49,604 nucleotides of DNA from an uncultured bacterium (GTDB taxonomy: Bacteria > CALINM01), in contig CALINM010000012.1 in assembly GCA_938045315.1 (NCBI GenBank), forward strand, positions 1-49,604. Direction: 5' to 3'. This document shows positions 1 through 8,379 of the stretch, piece after piece. The notes beneath the pieces were generated by a model, which worked only from the letters and a program-made list of their open reading frames with translations, had not been told where the DNA came from and searched no databases. Every line of letters begins with the position of its first letter. Within the stretch, counting starts at the first letter, position 1. The position numbers and the translations under genes were made by a program.

Positions 1-567
1 TCTTTTAAGGAGTTCCAGGTCCACCTTTAAGCCATCTTTAATTGCCTCATATATGTCTATTTTATGTTTGCTGAAGCCATTTTCATCGTCGCTCCAGAGC
101 TCATAGAACATGCCTGATTTTCCTGCTGGCGTGGATATTACCCTGAGGGAATAGCCCTTTGATATGGTTGGCTGCATTGCTCTCCAGATAGCCTTTGCAT
201 CACGGTGAAAGGCAAACTCATCAAGGAATACATGACCGCTATAACCCCTCACAGTGGTAGGTGAGGCAGGCAGGGAGATGATCTTTGATTTATTGGGCAG
301 CACAAGTTCGCTTCTTGATTCTCTATGTAGCTCAATTTTTGCAAACTGTCTGAAGGCTCCTATGAGGTTATGGATTTTGTCCATGACTTCAAAGGACTGT
401 CTTTCTGAGGTGGAGAGGATCAGGATATGGCATCTTTTGTCTGTTGCCAGTTTCAATGCCTCAAAGCACAGGGCTGTTGTCATGCCTATCTGTCGTGCCT
501 TAAGGCAGATCTTGAGTCTTGAAGTATCATCGATCCATCTTTTCTGATAGGGATAGAGCCTGAACAT
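1..567 (-). CDS. Terminase large subunit, Mu gp28-like (3' end outside window)
   Basis: Not in the ORF track; translated by hand from the ATG at 567: MFRLYPYQKRWIDDTSRLKICLKARQIGMTT...LPASPTTVRGYSGHVFLDEFAFH...RVISTPAGKSGMFYELW. Shows the Q motif, KARQIG Walker A, LDE Walker B and ST coupling motif. TGATG overlap with the upstream gene. Confidence 0.93.
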   Translation of the reverse strand, partial: MFRLYPYQKRWIDDTSRLKICLKARQIGMTTALCFEALKLATDKRCHILILSTSERQSFEVMDKIHNLIGAFRQFAKIELHRESRSELVLPNKSKIISLPASPTTVRGYSGHVFLDEFAFHRDAKAIWRAMQPTISKGYSLRVISTPAGKSGMFYELWSDDENGFSKHKIDIYEAIKDGLKVDLELLKR

Positions 568-956
568 CAGGACTCTCCAATTGTCTCAGATATTGCCTTA
601 AGCAGGTCTTTGAGGTTTGTCTCCTTGCCCTCTGTTTCTTCCTTTATAACCTTGACGCCCTGCCAGAGTTTTATAGCCCCTGCAGTTCTTAAAACTGCAT
701 TGACATTCTGGGCTGAGGGGTTTTTAAGTGCCTCTTTTAGCATGGTTCTAAAGAGTTGTATGAGCTGGTTCTGTATGTCTTCTGTGTCTTTGAGGTAGTT
801 TTTTCGCTTTGTATCCCAGTCTCCAGCCACCTTCCAGTTATAGAGGGTCTTTCTTGATACCTTGCCTCCCAGGATATTGGCTATGGTATCAAGGGAAAGT
901 CCTTCCTGCACATAGAGCCTCTGTGCCTCTTCAAAATAGATGGCCGCTTTAGCCAT
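567..956 (-). CDS. DUF1804-like HTH protein, probable terminase small subunit
   Basis: A..LYVQEGLSL..IA..L..VSRKTLYNWK...DWD helix-turn-helix; directly upstream of the large terminase. Confidence 0.8.
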   Translation of the reverse strand: MAKAAIYFEEAQRLYVQEGLSLDTIANILGGKVSRKTLYNWKVAGDWDTKRKNYLKDTEDIQNQLIQLFRTMLKEALKNPSAQNVNAVLRTAGAIKLWQGVKVIKEETEGKETNLKDLLKAISETIGES

Positions 957-1209
957 TTAGTTCTTGCTCCAGTCTTTTTATCTGTGATTTTATCTCCTTT
1001 GCCTCGATCCATATTTTGTAGAAATCTTCAAAAGCAACTCTGGCACGCTCGAGCTCTAACTCTGTGAAATCTTCATCGTAGGCGCTGGCATCAATGATAT
1101 TTCTTATGGTGATTATATGGTTGTTAGCTTTAAGATCAAGCTCTCTGAGTTTCTGTTTTTTCTCTGATATCTTTGCCTTAATAAGCAGGAGTTCATTTCG
1201 AAGACTCAT
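949..1209 (-). CDS. Hypothetical coiled-coil phage protein
   Basis: 86-aa ORF overlapping both neighbours in the leftward operon. Confidence 0.75.
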   Translation of the reverse strand: MSLRNELLLIKAKISEKKQKLRELDLKANNHIITIRNIIDASAYDEDFTELELERARVAFEDFYKIWIEAKEIKSQIKRLEQELNG

Positions 1210-1477
1210 GTTCCCCCCTTGATATGGGGCATACTACAGGCTTGCTCAGCTTTTCTTCAAGCCTCATGAGAATTCCAGCAAGCATTACCTTGTATTCCTG
1301 TTCGTCTTTAAGTAGCTGAAGCAGGTTTTCTGAGAGTTGAGAGTGTCTGTCAAAGGCCTCTCTGGATATCTCGTTTGATTTTTTGAAGGTGTAATACCAG
1401 ATTACAAAAATTACAAGGGCAAGTCCACCCTGACTTATGATCTGAAGCACGGGCAGTAAGTTTTTCAATTCTTCCAC
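1193..1477 (-). CDS. Single-TM plus coiled-coil protein (BhlA/UviB holin-like or Mu gp25-like)
   Basis: QGGLALVIFVIWYYT hydrophobic helix; AGGAGG Shine-Dalgarno (SD) before the GTG start. Confidence 0.65.
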   Translation of the reverse strand: MEELKNLLPVLQIISQGGLALVIFVIWYYTFKKSNEISREAFDRHSQLSENLLQLLKDEQEYKVMLAGILMRLEEKLSKPVVCPISRGEHESSK

Positions 1478-1601
1478 TTTTGCCTCCTGTTATAACAATA
1501 CTTTATATAACAATATTTGTAGCTCTAATATTTTTCTACTGAATGGTTCATTAGAAATCTTTATTACATTTACTTATCATGTGGAAAAGGAGAGGAAGAA
1601 T
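1478..1601. promoter_or_regulatory. Divergent late promoter region with inverted repeat
   Basis: AT-rich. Imperfect 11-bp inverted repeat TTTCTACTGAA-tgg-TTCATTAGAAA (1533-1557); direct repeat TATAACAATA at 1491 and 1506. Confidence 0.55.
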
Positions 1602-2747
1602 ATGAGAGTAGAAATTTTTAAGACCGGTACTCACACTGACTCAGCGGGCAATACCCGCACCTGGACAGAGAAAGACCTGGATACCATTGTGAGTAAATAT
1701 AATCCAGCTGAGCATGAGGCTCCTGTTGTAATAGGACATCCTGTGGATAATGCTCCAGCCTACGGCTGGGTGGAGAAGCTTGAAAGAAGGGGACAGTCTC
1801 TCTGGGCTAAAATTAAGCCCACTGTGCAGGAGTTTGTGGACTGGGTGAAGGCCGGGCTATACAAGAAGGTTTCTATTTCTTTGTATCCAGATCTGAGGCT
1901 CAGGCATGTGGGTTTTCTTGGGGCAATGCCCCCAGCAGTAAAGGGGCTTACCCCGGTGCAATTCTCTGACAGGGAATATGCAGAGTATGAATTCAGGGAA
2001 TGGACAACTGAGGAGAGGGAAAAGCTGGCAAAGGGATTAATAAAGGGAGAGTTTGCTGGACCTGATAGAACTTTTCCCATAGCTTCACCAGAAGATGTGG
2101 CTGATGCCTTCAGGCTTGCAGGGCATGCAGATGATCCCGATGAGGTGAGAAGAAACATTATAAGGATTGCTAAGAAATATGGCTGGACTGATGCTTTGCC
2201 AGAATCAGCTAAAAAATGGGCTGAGGAACACAATATAGAATTAAAGGAGGCAAGAATGGAAGAGTTAAAAGAGCTCGGGTTAAAACTTAAGGAACAGGAA
2301 GAGCTCATGAAAGAGTATAAGGAGCGTGAAATTCAAAAGGATGAGGAGATTGCAAAGCTTAAGGAGAGGATAAGGATGCTTGAGATGGAGAAAAAGAGGG
2401 CTGAGTTTGAATCCTTCTGTGAGGGATTAATCAGAGAGGGAAGGTTAACTCCAGCTGTTAAGCCAGTGGTAATTGATTTTATGGAGATATTAAGTCAGGT
2501 GGGAGAGTTTGAGTTTTCAGAGCCAGAGGGTAAGCTTAAGACAGAGCCACTTGAGAAATTTAAGAGTTTTTTAAGGGGACTGCCCAAACAGGTTGAATTT
2601 GGTGAGGTTGCAACGAAGGATATAGCAGTGGAAGCTAAAGGGTCTACAAAGGATTTAAAGGATTTGAGTGGATGGGATCTACTCAGGATTTATAGGGAAA
2701 GCCCACAGGAGTTTACAGAAATTTTAGAAAAATCAAGGAATAAATAA
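1602..2747 (+). CDS. Prohead protease/scaffold (Mu gpI-like) with an internal DUF6582-like domain
   Basis: EIFKTGTHTD, EAPVVIGHP..NAPAYGWV, GLYKKVSISLY, LRHVGFLGAMPPAVKGL. ATG at 1602 preferred over GTG at 1581. Confidence 0.88.
   Translation: MRVEIFKTGTHTDSAGNTRTWTEKDLDTIVSKYNPAEHEAPVVIGHPVDNAPAYGWVEKLERRGQSLWAKIKPTVQEFVDWVKAGLYKKVSISLYPDLRLRHVGFLGAMPPAVKGLTPVQFSDREYAEYEFREWTTEEREKLAKGLIKGEFAGPDRTFPIASPEDVADAFRLAGHADDPDEVRRNIIRIAKKYGWTDALPESAKKWAEEHNIELKEARMEELKELGLKLKEQEELMKEYKEREIQKDEEIAKLKERIRMLEMEKKRAEFESFCEGLIREGRLTPAVKPVVIDFMEILSQVGEFEFSEPEGKLKTEPLEKFKSFLRGLPKQVEFGEVATKDIAVEAKGSTKDLKDLSGWDLLRIYRESPQEFTEILEKSRNK
2256..2747 (+). CDS. Nested in-frame scaffolding protein (Mu gpZ-like)
   Basis: AAGGAGG at 2244-2250 followed by an in-frame ATG at 2256; the sequence after it is a charged coiled coil. 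Confidence 0.6.
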   Translation: MEELKELGLKLKEQEELMKEYKEREIQKDEEIAKLKERIRMLEMEKKRAEFESFCEGLIREGRLTPAVKPVVIDFMEILSQVGEFEFSEPEGKLKTEPLEKFKSFLRGLPKQVEFGEVATKDIAVEAKGSTKDLKDLSGWDLLRIYRESPQEFTEILEKSRNK

Positions 2748-2758
2748 GGAGGTAGAGC

Positions 2759-3583
2759 ATGGCGACAAAGGTAAGTGATATAGTTGTTCCAGAGGTACTT
2801 TCTGCAATGATTTCTGCCCAGATTCCGGGTCAGCTTGCCATTGCTGGCACGGATAGGGTGGTGGTGCTGGATAATCTAAAAGGTAAACCGGGCGATAGGG
2901 TAAAAATACCTCGCTGGGGTGCAGTGGGTGAATTTGACGAGCTCCAGGAAGGTGTGGCCATGACGCCCGTTAATCTTACTGCCCAGTCCGTTGAAGCAGT
3001 GGTGAAGGAATTCGGGAAGTCTGTGGAAATTACAGAGCTTGCGCTTCTCTCCAGTTACGAGGATCCGCTTAAAGAACTTGCTTCTCAGTTTGCAAAATAT
3101 GCAGCAAGAGCTATTGATAAAGAACTTATAGCAGCTGCCAATACAACCACACTTTCCCATTCAGTGAATTCAACTATTAATCTCGATGCGATAGTTGATG
3201 CCCTTAGCCTTTTTCAGGATGAGCAGGAGGATGTGGTGCTTGTGCTTCATCCCAAGGTTTATGGAGACCTAAGAAAGCTTTCTGAGTTTAAAAGCCACAC
3301 TCAGGCAGCCTCTGAAGTTATTTTAAAAGGGTCTCTGGGTACAGTGTATGGTATGCCAGTTGTAGTAAGTAGATTTATCCCGGTGACTTCAGGTACCCCT
3401 CCTACATATACTAATATGCTTTTAAAAAAAGCAGCACTTGGTCTGTGGTATAAGAAGGAGATGGAGGTTAAGACAGATCAGGACATCCTGAAAAGAACTA
3501 CTGTGATTGCAGCAAATTCTATCTTTGCCTGTGCACTATTTCAGCTTGACCCACTGCCTGCTGCAAAGTTAATAACCCAGTAG
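2759..3583 (+). CDS. Major capsid protein, N4-gp56-like (HK97 fold)
   Basis: TK.SD.VVPEV, L.GKPGD.V.IP.W..VGE...L.EG.AM, GKSVEITE.ALLS.Y.DP; follows the scaffold gene. Confidence 0.88.
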   Translation: MATKVSDIVVPEVLSAMISAQIPGQLAIAGTDRVVVLDNLKGKPGDRVKIPRWGAVGEFDELQEGVAMTPVNLTAQSVEAVVKEFGKSVEITELALLSSYEDPLKELASQFAKYAARAIDKELIAAANTTTLSHSVNSTINLDAIVDALSLFQDEQEDVVLVLHPKVYGDLRKLSEFKSHTQAASEVILKGSLGTVYGMPVVVSRFIPVTSGTPPTYTNMLLKKAALGLWYKKEMEVKTDQDILKRTTVIAANSIFACALFQLDPLPAAKLITQ

Positions 3584-3593
3584 GAGGTGTTTT

Positions 3594-3731
3594 GTGGGTA
3601 TAGGGACACTGAGAAGACACTATGAACAAGCTGACAATCCCAAACCTGCAGTCAAGCAAGAGGCTGCAGTTAAGCCAGAGGCAGAGCAAGAGGTTAAGAC
3701 AGAGCAAACAAAAAAGAAGGGTAAGAGCTGA
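3594..3731 (+). CDS. Small charged protein after the capsid gene (45 aa)
   Basis: Below the ORF-track cutoff. GGAGG SD, GTG start, MGIGTLRRHYEQADNPKPAVKQE...KKKGKS; TGATG overlap with the next gene. Confidence 0.7.
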   Translation: MGIGTLRRHYEQADNPKPAVKQEAAVKPEAEQEVKTEQTKKKGKS

Positions 3732-4162
3732 TGCCTTATTGCAGTCTTGAGGATATTAAGCAGGCAATCCCTGAAAAGAATATCATAGAACTTACAGATG
3801 ATGCAGGCACTGGAACGATAGAACAAAACAGGGTCAATGATGCCATCTCATATGCTGATCAGTTGATAGATGGATACCTGAGGGGAAGGTATACTGTCCC
3901 CCTCAATCCAGTACCTGAGCTCATTAAGAGGTTAGCGGCGGATTTAGCGGTGTTTCATCTCTACAGCAGGCGGTTCGAACTTAATATGCCAGAGGCTATG
4001 CTTCAAAGACGAAAGGAGATAATAAGGCTTTTGGAGCAGATACAAAAGGGCTTTATCAAACTGGGTATAGAGACACAATCGGGGCCTGGACAGGGACACT
4101 ATAAAACTAATAAAACTGGAGAGGATAGGGTATTTGGTGAGGATCTCTGGCTGAAATTTTAG
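3731..4162 (+). CDS. Head-tail adaptor, Mu gp36 / DUF1320
   Basis: YCSLEDI...IELTDD...AI..AD..IDGYLRGRY.VPL.PVP....LA.DLA..HLY.RR. Confidence 0.9.
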   Translation: MPYCSLEDIKQAIPEKNIIELTDDAGTGTIEQNRVNDAISYADQLIDGYLRGRYTVPLNPVPELIKRLAADLAVFHLYSRRFELNMPEAMLQRRKEIIRLLEQIQKGFIKLGIETQSGPGQGHYKTNKTGEDRVFGEDLWLKF

Positions 4163-4385
4163 AGGTAAAAGAGCTTTTTAAATAGATTTAAACAGGGTTT
4201 CAGAGGTTTTGAGGGTTTTGAGAGAGAAAAGAGGTGAAATTAAGGGTGATTTAGACTGCAAAAGTACCTGAAAAAGCCCAAAATTGGCTTTTAAGAGGGG
4301 TTTTTTTAAAGAGGTAATATAAATGTATCCCCTAAAGTTTTTAAACGATTGTAAACGAATTTAAACAGGTTTTAAACAGGGGTAT
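4163..4385. promoter_or_regulatory. Helically phased A/T-tract segment (candidate gyrase-site-like element)
   Basis: TAAAC at 4342, 4352, 4362 and 4373; T-tracts spaced about 10 bp apart over 4175-4219. Confidence 0.4.
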
Positions 4386-4399
4386 TTAAGGAGGTTGGA

Positions 4400-4873
4400 A
4401 TGCTTTTAGGGGCAATTTTTGGATTGGTGGGATCTATAATCCCTGAAGGGCTCAAGTTTCTAAAGGAAAGACAGGATCACAGGCATGAAAAAGAGATGTT
4501 TGAGCTTCAGATGAGATATCAGCGGGAGATGGCTGAGGCAAGGATTCAGGAGGCCAGGGCACTGGCCACACTGGAGCTGGACAGAGAATCTTATAAATAT
4601 GCACCTTTAGAGGTGAAGCCCACAGGAAAAACCTGGCTTGATGCCCTGCAGGTGATGGGAGCCATGTATAACCAAACAGTTAGACCTACACTTACTTATT
4701 TGGTTGTGGCTTGCTGGCTTATGGTGAAGTATGCAAACTGGCAGATAGCGGGAGGAGGTCTTGCCAGTCTACCTAATATCTGGACTGAGGCGGACAATGA
4801 GTTTCTCTCCGCAGTGGTGATGTTTTGGTTTGGAGGAAGGGCTTTTAGTAGAACCTTTGGAAGGGCGAAATGA
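4400..4873 (+). CDS. Putative holin (GTA 3TM-holin-like)
   Basis: N-terminal amphipathic/TM helix, VRPTLTY plus TM, and C-terminal FWFGGR; overlaps the lysozyme start. Confidence 0.6.
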   Translation: MLLGAIFGLVGSIIPEGLKFLKERQDHRHEKEMFELQMRYQREMAEARIQEARALATLELDRESYKYAPLEVKPTGKTWLDALQVMGAMYNQTVRPTLTYLVVACWLMVKYANWQIAGGGLASLPNIWTEADNEFLSAVVMFWFGGRAFSRTFGRAK

Positions 4874-5313
4874 CAGAGAAAGGAATTGAGCTTGTGAAAA
4901 CCTTTGAAGGCTTTAGCCCAAAGATATATATCTGTCCAGCCGGGTATGAGACTATTGGGTATGGACATGTAATTACTCCAGAGGAGAGGGAAAGATTTGT
5001 AAGGGGTATCACAAAAGAGGAAGCAGAAGGGCTTTTAAAAGCTGATTTAAATAGGTTTGAAAGGGCGGTTAGAGGGCTTTTAAAGGGTTTTCAATTGCAC
5101 GAATACTGTATAGATGCCCTCACCTCTTTCGCATATAACTGCGGAATATACAGCTTCAAAGCATCAACCCTGAGAAGAAAGATACTTTCAGGGGAACTCT
5201 TTGAGGCAGCGGACGAATTCCTGAAGTGGTGCTATGGGGGAGGAAGAAAGCTTGAGGGGCTTGTAAGAAGAAGAAAGGCTGAAAGGGAACTTTTCCTTAA
5301 GGGACTCCTATGA
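4870..5313 (+). CDS. Endolysin, GH24 lysozyme
   Basis: FEGFSPKIYICPAGYETIGYGH (E-x8-C-x5-T), ALTSFAYNCG, GLVRRRKAERELF. Confidence 0.93.
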   Translation: MTEKGIELVKTFEGFSPKIYICPAGYETIGYGHVITPEERERFVRGITKEEAEGLLKADLNRFERAVRGLLKGFQLHEYCIDALTSFAYNCGIYSFKASTLRRKILSGELFEAADEFLKWCYGGGRKLEGLVRRRKAERELFLKGLL

Positions 5314-5795
5314 TGACTATAGCAGATATGGAAAAAACAATTATTGAAAGGCTTAAGGACAGGATATCAGGGGTAGAGGTTATCGCCTTTCCTGAAAAGC
5401 CTGCTGAGTATAAGTTGCTGCACCATAAGGGGGCAATTCTTGTAAGTTACAGGGGCTCAAGCTTTTCAGAACCACGGGCAACGGATGTGGTGGTGCAGGA
5501 AAGAAAGGTTGAACTGGATATCGTAGTGGTGATGAGGCATCTAAGAAGTCATGAAGGTGCTTATGCCTATCTTGATGCAGTAAGAACTCTACTTACAGGC
5601 TTTCGCTTACCTGGATGCTCAAAGATGTATCCCTTGCGGGAAGAGTTTATAAGTGAAGAGGCTGGTATCTGGCAGTATGCGATAACCTTTGCTTTCACAA
5701 TGCCAGCTATTGAGCTGGTAGAGGAGGAGCAGGTTGTGCTTCTTAAGAAAATTACAGTTATGGATGATTATGGAATAACGGAGGTGTTAAGATGA
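5310..5795 (+). CDS. Tail terminator, Mu Gp37 family
   Basis: FPEKP.EY.L.H.KGAILVSY.GS.F; GAY.YLD.VR..L.GF; G.WQY. Confidence 0.85.
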   Translation: MMTIADMEKTIIERLKDRISGVEVIAFPEKPAEYKLLHHKGAILVSYRGSSFSEPRATDVVVQERKVELDIVVVMRHLRSHEGAYAYLDAVRTLLTGFRLPGCSKMYPLREEFISEEAGIWQYAITFAFTMPAIELVEEEQVVLLKKITVMDDYGITEVLR

Positions 5796-5980
5796 AGTAT
5801 GTGTATGAAGGAGCTTTTTCTGGAGTAACTATAGGAGATAGGGAAATTTTATTAATTCCAAATACTGAAGTGGAATTGCCTGAGGATAATGAGTATGTGC
5901 AAACTTTGTGCTCCCTGGGACTGCTTAAAAAGGTAGAACAGGTAAGTGAGAGCAGGAAGAAGAGGGAGGAAAAGGAATGA
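5792..5980 (+). CDS. Small tail-associated protein (Mu gp38 position)
   Basis: 62-aa ORF coupled to gp37, upstream of the sheath; LPEDNEYVQTL..LG.L. Confidence 0.7.
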   Translation: MKYVYEGAFSGVTIGDREILLIPNTEVELPEDNEYVQTLCSLGLLKKVEQVSESRKKREEKE

Positions 5981-6016
5981 AAAGAAAACTTTTAAACCTT
6001 TTGAAGGAGGTTGAAG

Positions 6017-7267
6017 ATGCCAGCTAACTTTTTGCACGGTGTGGAAACCATTGAGATTGAAAAAGGACCAAGACCCATAAGGGCAGTAAAGTCTGCGGTG
6101 ATCGGACTTGTTGGAACCGCTCCAATTCATACAGTTGATCCAGAGTTTAGAACGGTGAATGAGCCTGTTTTGATTTTGAATGAGAGGGATGGGGTAAAGT
6201 ACTTTGGTCAGCCTGCTACAGGATATACTATCCCTTACGCACTGGATGCGATTTTTGATCAGGGCGCGGGAATTGTGGTGGTGGTAAATGTTTTTAATCC
6301 AGCAGTGCATAAAGATAACAATAATCAGCCAGACCCTACAAAAGTAATAGCAGCAGACATTATTGGCGGAGTGGATCCCTCAACAGGCAAGAGAAAGGGG
6401 CTTCAAGCCTTTAGAGACTGTTACAACCTTATGGGGTTTTTCCCTAAAATCTTAATAGCTCCTGTGTATGGCACTTTGAACTCGGTGGCAAGTGAGCTCA
6501 ATGCTATGGCACATGCACTTAGAGCTATGGCTATCGTGGATGCTCCTGTTGGGACTACCTTCAGTCAGGTTATAGCTGGAAGGGGTCCTAACGGCACTAT
6601 CAATTTCAATTATTCTTCAGAAAGGATGATACTCTGCTACCCACACCTTAAGGTTTATGATACTGCTACAGATACAGAAAGGCTTGAGCCTTATTCTCAA
6701 AGGCTTGCAGGGGTGATTGCAGCAAAGGATATAGAAAAGGGGTATTGGTGGAGCCCATCCAATACGGAAATAAAGGGCATTGTAGGGGTAGAAAGAAACT
6801 TATCTGCCATGATTAATGACCCAAATTGTGAGGTGAATATTCTTAATGAAAACGGGATTACGACTGTTTTTAACTCCTTTGGCACTGGAATAAGGACCTG
6901 GGGTAATAGAAGCGCGGCATGGCCAACGATAACACATCCAAAGAACTTCATTAATGTAAGAAGGACAGCGGATATCTTGCATGAGTCTATTGAATACTCT
7001 ATGCTCCAGTTTATTGATTACCCTATCAATGATGCTTTGATTGATGCCATCTGTGAGTCTGTGAATTCTTTTATTAGAACCCTTATTGCCAGAGGGGCTT
7101 TAATTGATGGTAAATGTTACTTCACAGAAGCTAAAAACCCACCCACTGAAATAGCTTTGGGGCATCTTACCTTTGATATGGAGTTTATGCCTCCTACTCC
7201 AGCGGAACGCATAACCTTTGAGAGCTTCATAAATATTGAATTCTTAAAGAATCTGGGGGGCAAATAA
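6017..7267 (+). CDS. Contractile tail sheath protein (P2 FI-like)
   Basis: FLHGVETIE, SAVIGLVGTAP, GYWWSPSN, WGNR, F.NVRRT.D; AAGGAGG before the ATG at 6017. Confidence 0.95.
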   Translation: MPANFLHGVETIEIEKGPRPIRAVKSAVIGLVGTAPIHTVDPEFRTVNEPVLILNERDGVKYFGQPATGYTIPYALDAIFDQGAGIVVVVNVFNPAVHKDNNNQPDPTKVIAADIIGGVDPSTGKRKGLQAFRDCYNLMGFFPKILIAPVYGTLNSVASELNAMAHALRAMAIVDAPVGTTFSQVIAGRGPNGTINFNYSSERMILCYPHLKVYDTATDTERLEPYSQRLAGVIAAKDIEKGYWWSPSNTEIKGIVGVERNLSAMINDPNCEVNILNENGITTVFNSFGTGIRTWGNRSAAWPTITHPKNFINVRRTADILHESIEYSMLQFIDYPINDALIDAICESVNSFIRTLIARGALIDGKCYFTEAKNPPTEIALGHLTFDMEFMPPTPAERITFESFINIEFLKNLGGK

Positions 7268-7506
7268 TGCAGGAGATACGCTTTAAGATAATGAAGGCTA
7301 TCTATGCTGAGATGAGAGCAAACCCTGAGGGCTACGGATTCCCTGAATGGGAACTTCCCAGGCTTGTGGGTGAGGACTATAAGTTTGACCTTCTCTATCT
7401 AATAGAAAAAGGATGGGTAAAAAGGCAATTCGGATATTTAAGATTAACAGCAGAAGGTATAGATGAGATAGAAAAAAATTCAGGAGGTAGAAAATGGCAA
7501 ACATAG
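7267..7506 (+). CDS. Small winged-helix-like protein inserted between sheath and tube
   Basis: LLYLIEKGWV......LRLTAEGIDEIE; overlaps the sheath stop and the tube start. Confidence 0.65.
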   Translation: MQEIRFKIMKAIYAEMRANPEGYGFPEWELPRLVGEDYKFDLLYLIEKGWVKRQFGYLRLTAEGIDEIEKNSGGRKWQT

Positions 7507-8015
7507 CTGTAAATAAACTTACTAATGCCAATGTCTATGTGGATGGGGTGAGTTTTCTCGGCAGGGCTGAAGAGGTAACCCTGCCTGCTATTAAGGCAAA
7601 GACCGTGGAACACAAGGGGCTTGGCATGGTGGGGGTGGTGGAGCTTCCAGCAGGTATTGAGAAGATGGAGGCAAAGATCAAATGGAGCAGTCTCTATCCA
7701 GAGGTGCTGTATAAAGTGGCAAACCCCTATAAGCCTGTGCAGCTGCAACTGAGGGCATCTCTTGAGAGCTTTGATTCCTCTGGAAGAATAGCACAGCTGC
7801 CTGTGGTATGCTTTATGACTGCAAGCTTTAAGACATTTCCCGGCATAGGCTTCAAACATCAGGACCCTGCAGAAGTGGAGACAGAGCTTGCTGTTTCATA
7901 TTATAAACTGCAGGTAGGTGGTATGGATGTGGTTGAGGTGGATGCCTTTGCAAATATATGGAAGGTCAATAAGGAAGACATACTGGCAACTTATAAGGCA
8001 AATATTGGAGGCTAA
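7494..8015 (+). CDS. Major tail tube protein (P2 FII-like)
   Basis: NANVYVDG.SFLGRAEEVTLP, GLGMVG.VELPAGIEKMEAKIKW. Confidence 0.92.
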   Translation: MANIAVNKLTNANVYVDGVSFLGRAEEVTLPAIKAKTVEHKGLGMVGVVELPAGIEKMEAKIKWSSLYPEVLYKVANPYKPVQLQLRASLESFDSSGRIAQLPVVCFMTASFKTFPGIGFKHQDPAEVETELAVSYYKLQVGGMDVVEVDAFANIWKVNKEDILATYKANIGG

Positions 8016-8105
8016 ATGAAAAGGGACCGGGAACTCATAAGGAGAATACTTATGGTGCTTGAAGAAGGAGATATCTATGAAGATAAAAAAGAAGGTAGAA
8101 TCTAA
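8016..8105 (+). pseudogene. 29-codon remnant of a DUF2513-like winged-helix gene
   Basis: MKRDRELIRRILMVLEEGD... resembles the DUF2513 N-terminus (MKRD.DLIR.IL..LE). Starts right after the tube stop, downstream of GGAGG. Confidence 0.55.
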
Positions 8106-8379
8106 TGTCCTTACCTTTTCAGAGGTGGAGATAAGGGAGCCCCTTGTGGAGGATCTTATTCAGGCTGAAAGGATAGCTGGCAGTGCTGAGGGACTTAGTT
8201 TTGCCCTTGCTGTGCTTTCTCAGATAGCCACTTTTGATGGGAAAAAGTTACCACCAGAGGACTTAAGACGGCTAAGAGTAAGAGATTTTTTAGCCTTTGC
8301 CAGGGCTATGGAAAGCTTTGGTTTAGAGGAGCTGGCAAGGGAGTTATTGTCCTCACAAGAGAAGCAGGGTTCAGCCTAA
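8077..8379 (+). CDS. Tail assembly chaperone (P2 gpE / FluMu gp41-like)
   Basis: V.IREP.V.DL..A....G...EDL..L...DF; GGAG SD before the ATG at 8077; lies between tube and tape measure genes. Confidence 0.85.
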   Translation: MKIKKKVESNVLTFSEVEIREPLVEDLIQAERIAGSAEGLSFALAVLSQIATFDGKKLPPEDLRRLRVRDFLAFARAMESFGLEELARELLSSQEKQGSA

